Source of the DNA: Heterodontus francisci
Lineage: Eukaryota
Length of the DNA stretch: 64,000 nucleotides
Reading direction: 5' to 3'
Assembly (NCBI RefSeq): GCF_036365525.1
Contig: NC_090399.1
Span: 49,508,430-49,572,429 of the forward strand
In this document: positions 53,230-64,000 of the stretch, piece by piece
Layout of the letters: every line of letters begins with the position of its first letter
How positions within the stretch are numbered: position 1 is the first letter of the stretch
Position numbers and translations under genes: made by a program
The notes under the pieces: model-generated
Told to the model about the DNA's origin: nothing
Seen by the model: only the letters and a program-made list of their open reading frames with translations
The model's database searches: none

Positions 53230-56005
53230 TTTCCCTTCTTTTCCCTTCCTCTATTGGTTTCTTGGTCATCCTTGCTGGATTCTAAATTGCTCCCAATCCT
53301 TGGACTTACCACTTTTCTGGCAACCTTATTAGCCACTTCCTGTGATCTAATGCAATCTTTAACTTCTTTTGTTGGCAACGGTTGATTAATCTTTCCTGTT
53401 GTTTTTTTTGTGTCTTACAGGAATGTATATTTATTGGCAACCATGTAATACTTCTTTAAATACTCGCCATTGCCTGTTTACCGCCAAATCTTTTAGTGTA
53501 TTTTCCCAATCCATCATAACCAACTGGCCCTTCATACCTTTTGTTCAGATTTAGGACCCTAGTTTCAGAATGACTATATCACTTTCAAACTTAATGTTGA
53601 AATTTATATTATAGTCACTATATCCCAAAGCCTCATTTACAGCAAAGTTATTAATTATTCCTTTCTTATTACATAATACTAAATCTAAAATAGCTGAAAT
53701 CCAAGTTGGTTCTTCTACATACTGCTCCAGAATACCATCTCGCACACACTCCAGGAGTTCATCTTCACTCCTTTACTGCTGATTAGATTTACCCAGTCAA
53801 TATGTAAATTGAAGTCACGCATTATTCTCCATGTTTCATGCACCTCTAATTTCCTGATTTATACCATGTCCAACATTACCACTACTGTTTGTTGACCTAT
53901 AAACAACTCCCACCAATGTTTGCTGCCCCTTGCTGTTGCTTAGCTCCACCCAAATTGATTCTGCATCTTGATCTTCGATCTAGGATTCTCTGTCGCTAAT
54001 GTAGTGATCCCATCGTTTAGTAAGAGCGCTACCCCACATCGTTTTACTTTTTGCCTATTCTTCCTAAATGACGAATATCCTTGAATATTCAGTTTCCAGT
54101 CTTTCCAGCAGCAATGTCTCTGTAATGGCAATTAAATCATAGCCATTTACCTCCATTTGCGTCTTCAATTCATTTGTGAATGCTGCATGCATTCAGATAT
54201 AGTGCCCTTAACTTTGTCTTTTCAATATTATTCCGCATTCTGATTCAATTTGATGCTTGCCTCCACTTTGTTTTCTAATTTCGCTTACTGCTTTTCGACT
54301 TCATGATACCAGTCTTGCTTCCCTCCAATTTTCCCTTCTTGCTATACTCAGATTGTCAATTCCCTTATTGCTACATTGCTCTCTTGCCTTCTCCTCTCTT
54401 TAAATTATCACATCTTCCCTCACTTGATCCCTTGTCCCCACTATTTATTTTAAAGCCCTCTCCACTGGCCTAGTTATATGACTCACCAGAACACTTGTCC
54501 CAGCAGGTTTCAGGTGAAGACCATCTCACCAGTACAGCTCCCAGTTTCCACAGCTTGTGCTGGTGCCCCACAAATCGAAACCCATTTCTCCCACACTGAA
54601 CTTTGATCCATGCATTTAACTTTAATCTTATTTACTCTATGTCAATTTGCCCGTGACTCAGGTTCCAGAGATTATTACATCTGAGATTCTGCTATTTAAT
54701 TTATCCCCTAGTTGCTCATACTATCTATGCAAAACCTCTTTCCTAGCCCTGTCTATGTCATTGGTACCAACGTGGACCACGACAACAGGATCCTCCCCCT
54801 CACACTGCGGTTCCTCTCCAGCCCTGAGCAGATGTCCTAAACCCCGGCACTAGGCACACAACACAGGCTTCTGGACTCTTGCTCTTGGCTGCAGAGAATG
54901 GTGTCTATCTCCCTGACTATACCGTCTCCTACGACTACTACATTCCTATTTACTCCCGCATCTTGAATGGCTTCCTGTACCATGGTGCCTTGGTCAATTT
55001 GCTCATCCATCCTGCAGCCCTCTCTCTCATCCATACAAGTTGAAAGAACCTCAAACCTGTTCGACAATTGTAAGGGATGAGGCCCCTCCACTTCTGCCTT
55101 CTCGATCCAATTACCTGCCTTACACGCAGTCACATCCTCCTGTTCTTGACCACTGACCAAATCAGATGACCCTGTCCGAAGGGGTGTGACTGCTTTCTGG
55201 AAAACGTGTCCCGGTAGCTTTCTCCTCCCTGATACATTGCAGTGTCTGCAGCTTGGCCTCCAGCTTATCGACTTTGAGCCGAAGTTCCTCGAGCCACAGA
55301 TACTTACAGCAAACGTGGTTGCCATGGAGCACACTAGTGTCCACAAGCTCCCACATACTGCAGCCACAATACATCACCAGTCTTGTCATCCTTATTGTGA
55401 TTTAATGAACTAATTAATTACTTTCTTAATTGATTGTTTAATTCATGCCTCTCCTCACCACCACTTACTATACTAATTTAAATCTGTGTAATACAATAAA
55501 CCTGACCATTTAAAAAGAGCAAAAAACAATAGACTCACCAGTTCATTGTTTCTCTTCTGCTTGTGTCCCTTAATTAATAAAGTAGCTACTTCAGGCTTTT
55601 TTTTTAATTACGCTTTTCTAATTTGCAGCTACTTACAGACACTCCCTAAAAGCAGTTATTCACCAACCAATCACCTTACAGCTTTCCTTTGATGTCATTT
55701 TCTTTTTCAAGCTCAGTCAGTGGGCACCAAATCCTGAAGGTAAATTGCTCTGCCACCACCTCGGGCCTCGCTTTACCTTCTCCTCAATGGTTTCCCCACA
55801 GGTCCGCCACTCTGTCACCACCTCTCCCGTCTGTCTCCAGGTGAGTGAAGGCCCCAAGCCGGGGCCTCGTTTTACGTTCTCCTCAGTAGTTTCCCCACAG
55901 GTCCACACTCTGCCACCACCTCTCTCGACTGTCTCCAGATGTGTGAAGGCCCCGAGCCTGGGCCTCACTTTACCATCTCCTCAGTGGTTTCCCCATAGGT
56001 CTGCC
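53230..56005 (-). mobile_element. CR1 element C (5' UTR, ORF1, APE part of ORF2), degraded
   Basis: ORFs 55162-55389 and 54837-55367 (CCGC, LSNRFEVL, VVGDGIVR), 53940-54131, 53551-53745 (ILDLVLCN). Confidence 0.8.
55760..56005. repeat. ~99-bp tandem repeat, ~2.5 copies
   Basis: gggcctc..tttac..tctcctca.t.gtttcccca.aggtc recurs at ~55763, ~55862 and ~55960. Confidence 0.85.
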
Positions 56006-56009
56006 ACTA

Positions 56010-57210
56010 GCAATTTGTGCACTAAGACACCCAGATGCCTCTACATCTCAGAGCTCTGCAATCTCTCACCATTTAGATAATATGCTTCTTTTTTATTCTT
56101 CCTGCCAAAATGGAGAATTTCACATTTTCCCACATTATACTCCAATTGCCAGATCTTTGCCCACTCACTTAACCTATCTATGTCCCTATGTCCTTATGCC
56201 CTCTTCACAAGCTACTTTTTAATTTATCTATGTGTCATCAGCAAATTTAGCAACCATACCTTCAGTCCTTTCATTCAAGTCATTTATATAAATTGTAAAA
56301 TGTTGAGGCCCCAGCACTGATCCCTGTGGCACACTACTGGTTACATCTTGCCAACCAGAAAATGAGCCATTTATACCTACTTTCTGTTTCCTGTTAGCTA
56401 GGCAATCTTCTATCCATGCCAATAGGTTACCCCCTACACCCATGAGCTTTTCTTTTTCTGAATAACCTTTGATGTGGCACCTTATCAAATGCTTTCTGGA
56501 AATCTAAGTACAGTACATCCACCAGTTCCCCTTTATCCACAGCACATGTAACTTCCTCAAAGAACTCCAATAAATTGGTTAAACGTGATTTCCCTTTCAC
56601 AAAACCATGTTGATTCTGCCTCATCACCTTGACTTTTTCTAAATGCCCTGCTATAACCTCTTTAATAATATTATCTAATATTTTCCCGATGACAGACGTT
56701 AAGCTAACTGGCCTGTAATTTCCTGCTTTCTGCCTCCCTCCCTTTTTGAATAAAGGAATTACATTTGCTATTTTCCATCTAATGGAACCTTCCCCAAATC
56801 TAGGGAATTTTGGAAAATTTAAACCAAAGCATCAACTTATCGCCAGCCACTTCTTTTAAGACCCTAGGATGAAGTCCATCAGGACCCGGGGACTTGTCAG
56901 CCCACAGCTCCAAAAATTTGCTCATTACCACTTTCCTGGTGATTGTAATTTTCTTCAGTTTCTCCCTCCCTTCCATTTCCTGATGGACAGCTAATTCTGG
57001 GATGTTACTTGTATCCTCTACAGTGAAGACCGATGCAAAGTACTTGTTCAATTCATCTGCCATCTCCTTATTATGTATTATTAATTTTCCCAGACTCACT
57101 TTCTATAGGACCAACACTTACTTTGATAACTCTTTTCTTTTTTAAAATATCTATAGAAACTCTTACTATCCATTTTTATATTTCCAACCAGCTTTCTCTC
57201 GTACTCGTAA
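56010..57210 (-). mobile_element. CR1 internal RT fragment D
   Basis: ORFs 56800-57099, 56427-56627, 56228-56488 (QHGFVKGKS, YLDFQKAFDKVPH, VPQGSVLGP, KFADDT). Confidence 0.88.
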
Positions 57211-57221
57211 TTGCTCTAACT

Positions 57222-57797
57222 GAGGTCCAGACCACATCTGGAGTATTGTGTGCAGTTTTGGTCTCCTTATCTGAGGAAGGATGTTCTTGCCATGGAGGGA
57301 GTGCAAAGAAGATTTACTAGGCTGATGCCTGGGATGGCAGGATTGACGTATGAGGAGAGATTGGGTCGGCTCGGCCTATATTCACTAGAGTTTCGAAGAA
57401 AGAGAGGGGATCTCATAGAAACCTGTAAAATTTTAACAGGACTAGACAGGCGAGATGTTGGGAAGATGTTCCCGATGGCTGGGGAGTCCAGAACCAGGGG
57501 TCGCAGTCTCAGGATATGGGGTATGCCATTTAGAATCAGGATCAGGAGAAATTTCTTTATTCAGAGGGTGGTGAACCTGTGGAATTCTCTACCACAGAAA
57601 ACAGTGGAGGCCAAGTTATTCAATATATGTAAGAAGGAGATAGATATATTTCTTAATGTCAAAGGGATCAAGGGATACCGGGAGAAAGCGGGAACAGGGT
57701 ACTGAATTAGACAATCAGCCATGATCTTTTTGAATGGCGGAGCAAGCCCGAAGGGTCGAATGGCCTACTCCTGCTCCTATTTTCTATGTTTCTATGT
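57222..57797 (+). mobile_element. CR1 3' fragment E
   Basis: ORF 57250-57705; tail ctcctattttctatgtttctatg. Confidence 0.9.
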
Positions 57798-58042
57798 ATT
57801 TATGCAGGCTACTCATTATTTCTTGACTTTTCTATTCTGTTATGCTTCTGATTGAACCTAGAATTGCAATAGTAAACCTTTCCTCAATAACATTCTAGTT
57901 CTTGCACAAGTTAAGCCATGGACCAATTGTCACTCCATAACTGATGCTTAAAATTCAAGTATAATCCTGGGTTGGGGTGAGAAGGGATTTTTTGCAAAAG
58001 GTACAGTGTCATAACTTTTAAAAAAATATTCCCTTGCCTTAC

Positions 58043-58147
58043 CTCTTCGTCTTCTCCTCCACATATAAATTAAAACAATAATTGCCAACGACAACAATAC
58101 AAGCATGACAATCAGCCCCACATGTCTTTCTTTCTTTACTTTTTCTT
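58043..58147 (-). CDS. MHC class I-like heavy chain, connecting peptide and TM exon
   Basis: tttttcag|..G|gtaagg, 105 nt, phase 1-1; (E)EKVKKERHVGLIVMLVLLSLAIIVLIYMWRRRRR. Confidence 0.85.
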
Positions 58148-60216
58148 CTGAAAAATATTAGAAACAGTTTTATAATTAGACATGTGGATGGACAGTCATA
58201 TGGCACTGCTCATGGTAAGTGAAATTAGACATTTTTGCTATGAATAGTATTCCCATACTATATGGCCCATAAAATATTACCTTATTTAGAAAGAGGAAGG
58301 GGAGGAAGAATGAGAACTTGAATGTGTGAGGAGACAGTGAGAGACGAGGGAAAGGAGAGGGCAAAGTGGAGAGAAAGCAGGTCAGAGAGGTGAAGGAATG
58401 AGTGAAGGAGAGAGGGAAGAGTGATAGAGGATGACTAGAAGGGAGGGAGATGGGGAGGTAACAGTCAGTGGGTCAGGAAAGATTTCCCTATTCAATGATG
58501 GGTTAGCATGAGCCTAATTCCATTCACCGCTCCATTCATTGGGCTTAGGTGCATGGTTTGAAATGTTCATGGGGGTTGCGGGGAGAGAAGACCAAACAGA
58601 TGAGTTACTCCGCTTGGTGGGTCAGTAACATTAGGGAGGGAGAGTTCTTTGGGAGTAGAAGGTCCTGATTGCTGCTCAGTGTGTTAGGGAAGTCTTAAAT
58701 ATACAAGATGTGCTCTTTACTACTGGGAGGGCAAACGATGATATAAGGATGCATAGAGGGAGTGGAAGGTCATGAAGCTGGCTAGTGAGGGGGAATGCAG
58801 TGTTAAAGTGCTACTCAGTGACATGGGGGAGCGTTTGGGGGGAAAGTGAACAATGTTGGAGGGTAGGTGCTTCACCATCTGGGAAAATTACATCAGTGAC
58901 GGAGGTTCGGCAGTCTAACTGCTGCCTGGTTTGAGGAGAACACGTCAATTGTCAACTGTGGGGGAATCAAGTGATGGGGAATGGAAGAATGGGCAGAGTC
59001 AGGGAGGTAGGGCTATTCACTTGGAGTGGAGCTTTGGGACATTGAGGAACAAAGAAGGGTAGCGAAAATATTGCTTCATTAGGGGACAGGTCACCAAGTT
59101 ATAGGATCTACTACATGGTAGGAGGAGGAGGGGGAAACGAGGCCTAAGTTGGTGATCAGTGCTGAGTGAGAATGAAGGATAACTCCTTGAAAAGCTCCTC
59201 ATGGTGAAGAGGAAGCAACAGCAATGGCCCTGGTGAATGGGAGGGGGGAGCTGGGACAAAGGCAAGGTTCCTGGTGAATGTAGGGTTGGGTAGAAACAAT
59301 ATGGATGGGCCTAGTGAGTGTGGTGGGACAAAAGCAATGGTCCTGGTGAATGAGAATAATGAAAAAGGCAATGGTCCTGGGGAATGGGGGCAGTAGAGAG
59401 GCTCTAAATGGGCCTGGTAGAAAATTACATCGCTTACTAGTGAAACATGGTTTCCAGAGTAGTCACAACAGGTCACAAATATAAATATGCTGCTGGAAGG
59501 CCCATGGGAAATGATTGTGGTCACGGTGCTCAGTGAGACAGGGGTAAAGCTCATGTCTCCTGACTTGGCTTACTGGTTGGGCCATGGAGCCAGTAGCCAT
59601 GTGGAAGAAGCCTGTGTCTGCAGGGTCTGGTGAAAGGGGCAATATGAGGGGCAGTTGAATAGTTGATGCTCAGCACGCCAGCTCTCAGGGATGAGGGATA
59701 GAGCTTCTGACCATTCCCAAACATCTCTGTGTTGGAACTTTTTGGGTCGGGACTCACGGTGCAAAGTTACAACTCCTAAAAATGTAAAAGACTAAATTAT
59801 CTGCATAAAATTTGCATTTAGTTAAAATAGTTAAATTCTTACCTTCTTTTACTTATACCATTGCACAGCCTGCAATTGCATACAGACTTTAATACCACAG
59901 CTCAATTTAGTGCAAGGTCCACTTTGTACTATCATGTAACATTAGCTAGTACCCTATCATCTTCAATCTGTCACATAATGTTATGTTTACAAGTCTCACT
60001 ATTGGTACAGCAGTTTTGGAATCTCACCATTTTCAAGTTAGGTAAATAGACACACAGACAGAGAGACAGATGGAAATATGATTATATGAGTCTGTGTATA
60101 CACAGAAAAGCATACCTTTAATGAGCCGGTAGCTGTTATTACCTAATTAAAGGGATTGTATAAAACAACACGTGACATGCACACATTGGGCTGCTGCATC
60201 ACGAAATTGTCCTTAC

Positions 60217-60483
60217 CCCAGGGGACAGTCTTTCCACCCGGCAAGCTGCTGTGCTCAATATGACAGGAATAACTTTTCCCATCGTATGGATCAAATTCAA
60301 GGAATTTCGTTATTTGATAGGTTCCATCTTCATTGGGTAATAACCCGGTAGATTTGGACTCAGAGACGTGTTCTCCATTCTTCAACCAGGTCACACTGAT
60401 GGACTGCGGATAAAATCCAGTCACAATGCAGTGGAGAAACCAACGATGGCCACTTCTGGCAATAACTAAGACCTTGGGAGAAA
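60217..60483 (-). CDS. MHC class I-like heavy chain, alpha3 (C1-Ig) exon
   Basis: catttag|..G|gtaagg, 267 nt, phase 1-1; LHCIVTGFYP, VTWLKNG, LLPNEDGTYQ, YSCHIEHSSL, VPW. Confidence 0.93.
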
Positions 60484-60710
60484 CTAAATGATAGAAAGAT
60501 AATTATTTTCAACTTCAATAAAAATCGCACATTTCATGACAAAATCAAGGGGATAATTTTAGCTTTTGCTGCTGGAATTAAATGGGAAATATTGGATCAG
60601 CCACCTGTGAAAGGAATCTGGGAAGAGGTATAAACGGAAGCAGATCCAATATCATCCGTCGTACACTATCGCCAAACTTTAAAGTTACCCCCAGCTTGTT
60701 CTGAACTTAC

Positions 60711-60986
60711 CTTTTCGGGTTAGTGATGCCTTTCCGACTGAATAGTATGTCCTCCATAAATCCACACAGTCCTTTTCTAACAGGCTCTTGAAATAGAGGT
60801 CCATCTTTTTTTCGTTATCCCATTTCACTTTGAAGGTCTGAGCTATTGGATCATGTACAGTCCAAACCAATTTGTCTTTATCAAAACTAAATGCGTATCT
60901 TCCATCATAAGCAAACTTCAACACCCCTCCACTCGGATTGGTATCATTCAGCACACAACCAAATATTCCTTGAATGTAGTGAGCAT
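60711..60986 (-). CDS. MHC class I-like heavy chain, alpha2 exon
   Basis: tgtttcag|..G|gtaagt, 276 nt, phase 1-1; HYIQGIFGC, FAYDG, KVKWD, LEKDCVDLWRTY. Confidence 0.93.
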
Positions 60987-61899
60987 CTGAAACAATAATT
61001 CAGTCAATAAGTAGTTACAAATTTATCACAGCAAATCTGAGAATTTCAGTTATTTTCTGGTCACTTCACATCCAGTCACTCTTTTCATTACTAAGGGGAG
61101 AAATGGAGTTAAGTAGGTAAAAGAATATCATTAAATAGGGACATAGAATGTAAAGCACAGAAAGAGAACAATTGGTACCAAAGTTAAGCTGAAACTGTTT
61201 GTTCTAATCATACTTCTCTGCCAATGCTCATTTCCTTCCATAATCTTCCTTTTGCATGTCGTTATTGAGTTCCCTTTCTAATGATGCTGTAGGAGCTGCC
61301 TCAGTAACACTGCAGATTCTAATGGGGGGAAAAGTCCTAATTTCTACCATTATTCTTCCAAAGTCTGTTTGCCCCTGATTAATGATCCAGCAGCCAGGGA
61401 AAATAATCATTCACGGGTACCCTCTCAAAAATCCACATAACTTCAAAAACATCTCACATCTGCCACTAACCTTATCTATTTTTGTGAAAATGAACCCCCA
61501 TTTTTCTTGTCTGTCTTCATAACTGCAACCACTCATTCTTGTGAATGGTTTCTCCATAGCTCTAATAATCTTGCTATAGCAAGTATTCAAATCTGCATGC
61601 AAAACAACAACAGTGCCATAGCCAATGCCTTCTTTCAGTCATCATCACATTCAATGCCCCTATGATTGAAAAAGCTGACAGTGTGAAACTGGTCTTGCTA
61701 GTTGTATGACATGGGCTCATAGCAAATCAGCAGTTTGTTTTACACTCCACCCTTTCTTTTCTGTTGACTTCAAAAGTTGAAAATGGACTGCCGATGGACT
61801 CTGACTTCAATGGAAGATAATATTAGGAGCTGCGTATAATGTTTGACTGGTCCAATGTCGCACGTGTTACACTGCCACCAATAGTTAAAAGTTTTTGAA

Positions 61900-64000
61900 G
61901 TGTGGTCAGGAGAACTTTTTTGACATTTCTGGCCCAATAGAAAGAAGGCACTGCTGCATCTGGTTCTGCAGAATGAGATCGGTCAAGAGAATCAAGTGTC
62001 AGTAGGGGAACGTTTAGGGAACAATGATCATAGTATCATCATGTTTAGATTAACTTTGGAAAAGGTCAAGGAGAAACTGGAGAAAAATATAGAATGGGAG
62101 GAGGACCAATTTCAGTGGGTTGAGGACCAATTTCAGTGGGTTGAGAATGGATCTGTCCCAGGTAAATTGGAATCAAAGATTGGCAGGCAAATCTGTAGTC
62201 TATAATATGCCTTTAAAGATGGGATGGTTTAGATACATTCCAAGTACAGGGTGAAAGGTATGGAAGAAAAGCCAAAGCTCTCTGGATGATGAAAGAGATA
62301 GAGGGTAAGATGAAGCAGAAGAAGGGTGCATATGACAAGTTTCAGGTTGATAATACAAATGAGAACCAGGCTGAATATAGAACGTTCAGAGGGAAAGTGG
62401 CAAAAGAAATGAGGGGAAAAGAAACAGTACGAGAAGAGACTGGCAACTAACATAAAAGGGACTTGAAAAGTATTCTATAGGCATATAAATAGGAGAAAGG
62501 AGATATGAGTAGGCTAAAAATTTATAAAGAGATAGTATTAGAGAGGCTGACTGTACTTAGAGTTGATGTTACCAGGACTACATGGGATGCATCCAAGGAT
62601 GCTGAGGGAATTAAGGTTGGAAATTGCAAAGGCAATGGCCATAATCTTCCAACCCTCTGTAGATACAGGGGTGGTGCCAGAGGACTGGAAAATTGCAACT
62701 GTTACACCCCTATTCAAAGTAGGTGTCAGGATTAGACTAGCAACTACAAGCCAGTCTGTTTAACCTCAGTGGTAGGAAAGGTATTAGAAACAGTAATCCG
62801 GGATAAAGTTAATAGTCACTTAGACAAGTGTTGATTAATTAAAGGAAAGCCAGCATGGATTTGTTAAAGGCAAATCATGTTTAGCTAACTTGATTGAGTT
62901 TTAAGAGGTAACAGAGATTATTGATGATGGTAATGCGCTTGATTTGTTGTATATGCACTTCCAAAAGGAGATTGATAAAATGCCACATTATAGGCTTGTC
63001 AGCAAAGTTGCAGCTTATGGAATAAAAGGGACAGTGGCAGCATGGATACAAAATTATCTAAGTGACAGGAATGAGAGAGGAGTAGTGGTGAACTGTTGTT
63101 TATTTTTGGACTGGAGGAAGATATACAGTGGGGCTTCCCAGGAGTCAGAGCTAGGACAACAGCTTTTCCTGATTAAATATTAATGACTTGAACTCGGGTG
63201 TACAGGGCATTTTCAAAATTTTCAGATGAAACAGTACTTGGTGGCATAGTGAACTGTACAGAGGATAATGATAGATTTCAAGAGGACATTGACAGGCTGA
63301 TGGAATAGGTGGACACATGGCTGATAAAATTTAAAGGAGAGAAGTGCAAAGTGATACATTTTGGTAGGATGAACAAGGAGAGGCACTATAAAGTACAGGT
63401 TACAATTCTAAAGAGTGCAGAAACAGACAGACCTGGGGATATACGTACACAAATCATTGAAGGTGGCAGGGCAGGTTGAGAAAGTGGTTAAAAAGACAAT
63501 AAGGGATCCTCAGCTTTATAAATAAAGGCATGGAGTACAGAAGCAAGGAAGTTATGGTAAACCTCAACTGGAGTATTGTGTCCAATTCTGGGCATGCATT
63601 TAGGAACAATGTGAAGGCTTTAGAGAGGGTGCAGAAAAAAATTAACGAGAATGGTTCCAGAGATGAGTAACTTCAGCTATGTGGAATAGATTGGAGAAGC
63701 TGGGGCTATCTTCCTGAGAGATGACAAGGTGAGAGGAGATTTGGTAGAGGTGTTCAAAATCATGAGGATTCTAAATATAGAAATAAAGAAACTGCTCCCA
63801 TTGTCAGAACAGTTGGGAACTAGAGGACACAGATTAAAGTGATTGGCAAAAGAAGCAAAGGTGACATGAGGAAAACCCTTTTTATGCAGAGAGTGATTAG
63901 GATCTGGAATGCACTGCCTGATGATGGAGGCAGATACAATCATGGCTTTCAAAAGGGAACTAGATAAGCACCTGAAGGTTAAAAATTTGTAGGGCTATGG
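61900..64000 (+). mobile_element. CR1 ORF2 remnant with internal deletion (in the presumed MHC-I intron upstream of alpha2)
   Basis: LGNNDH, HPRMLREL, VPEDWKIA.VTPLFK, YMHFQKEIDKMPH and 3' region; 21-bp tandem duplication at ~62101-62142. Confidence 0.85.

Noticed and set aside
55760-56005. CRISPR-like repeat
   Set aside because: Contiguous tandem units without unique spacers, in eukaryotic LINE context
56010-57797. Opposed CR1 fragments D(-) and E(+) as one twin-primed inversion
   Set aside because: The geometry fits, but the pieces look like different subfamilies and no TSD was found
61000-61900. Search for the MHC-I alpha1 exon
   Set aside because: No alpha1-like frame with splice sites; only CR1 remnants and unique DNA

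Overview
Repeat-dense vertebrate genomic DNA. The HE1/V-SINEs, abundant CR1 LINEs and GPR139-like receptor family point to a cartilaginous fish (shark). Host genes: (1) two intact two-exon GPR139-like class A GPCR genes on + (14555-14624 + 22498-23417, 329 aa; 40490-40559 + 42007-42893, 318 aa); (2) the 3' part of a divergent, apparently non-classical MHC class I heavy-chain gene on - (alpha2 60711-60986, alpha3 60217-60483, TM 58043-58147; leader and alpha1 not seen, probably beyond 64000). The GPCR region is built from old tandem segmental duplications, one copy of which has lost both exons. The rest is LINEs (RTE, CR1, L2), SINEs, and hAT, Harbinger, Gypsy and Penelope remnants. Most notable: a U_UUA_AAC/A -1 frameshift heptamer directly before the ORF1 stop in three diverged CR1 copies; a recent insertion that created a ~330-bp inverted duplication of its own downstream flank; Penelope-type minimal hammerhead ribozyme motifs; and a non-classical MHC-I facing the GPR139-like cluster. 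TE boundaries were read by eye and are approximate.
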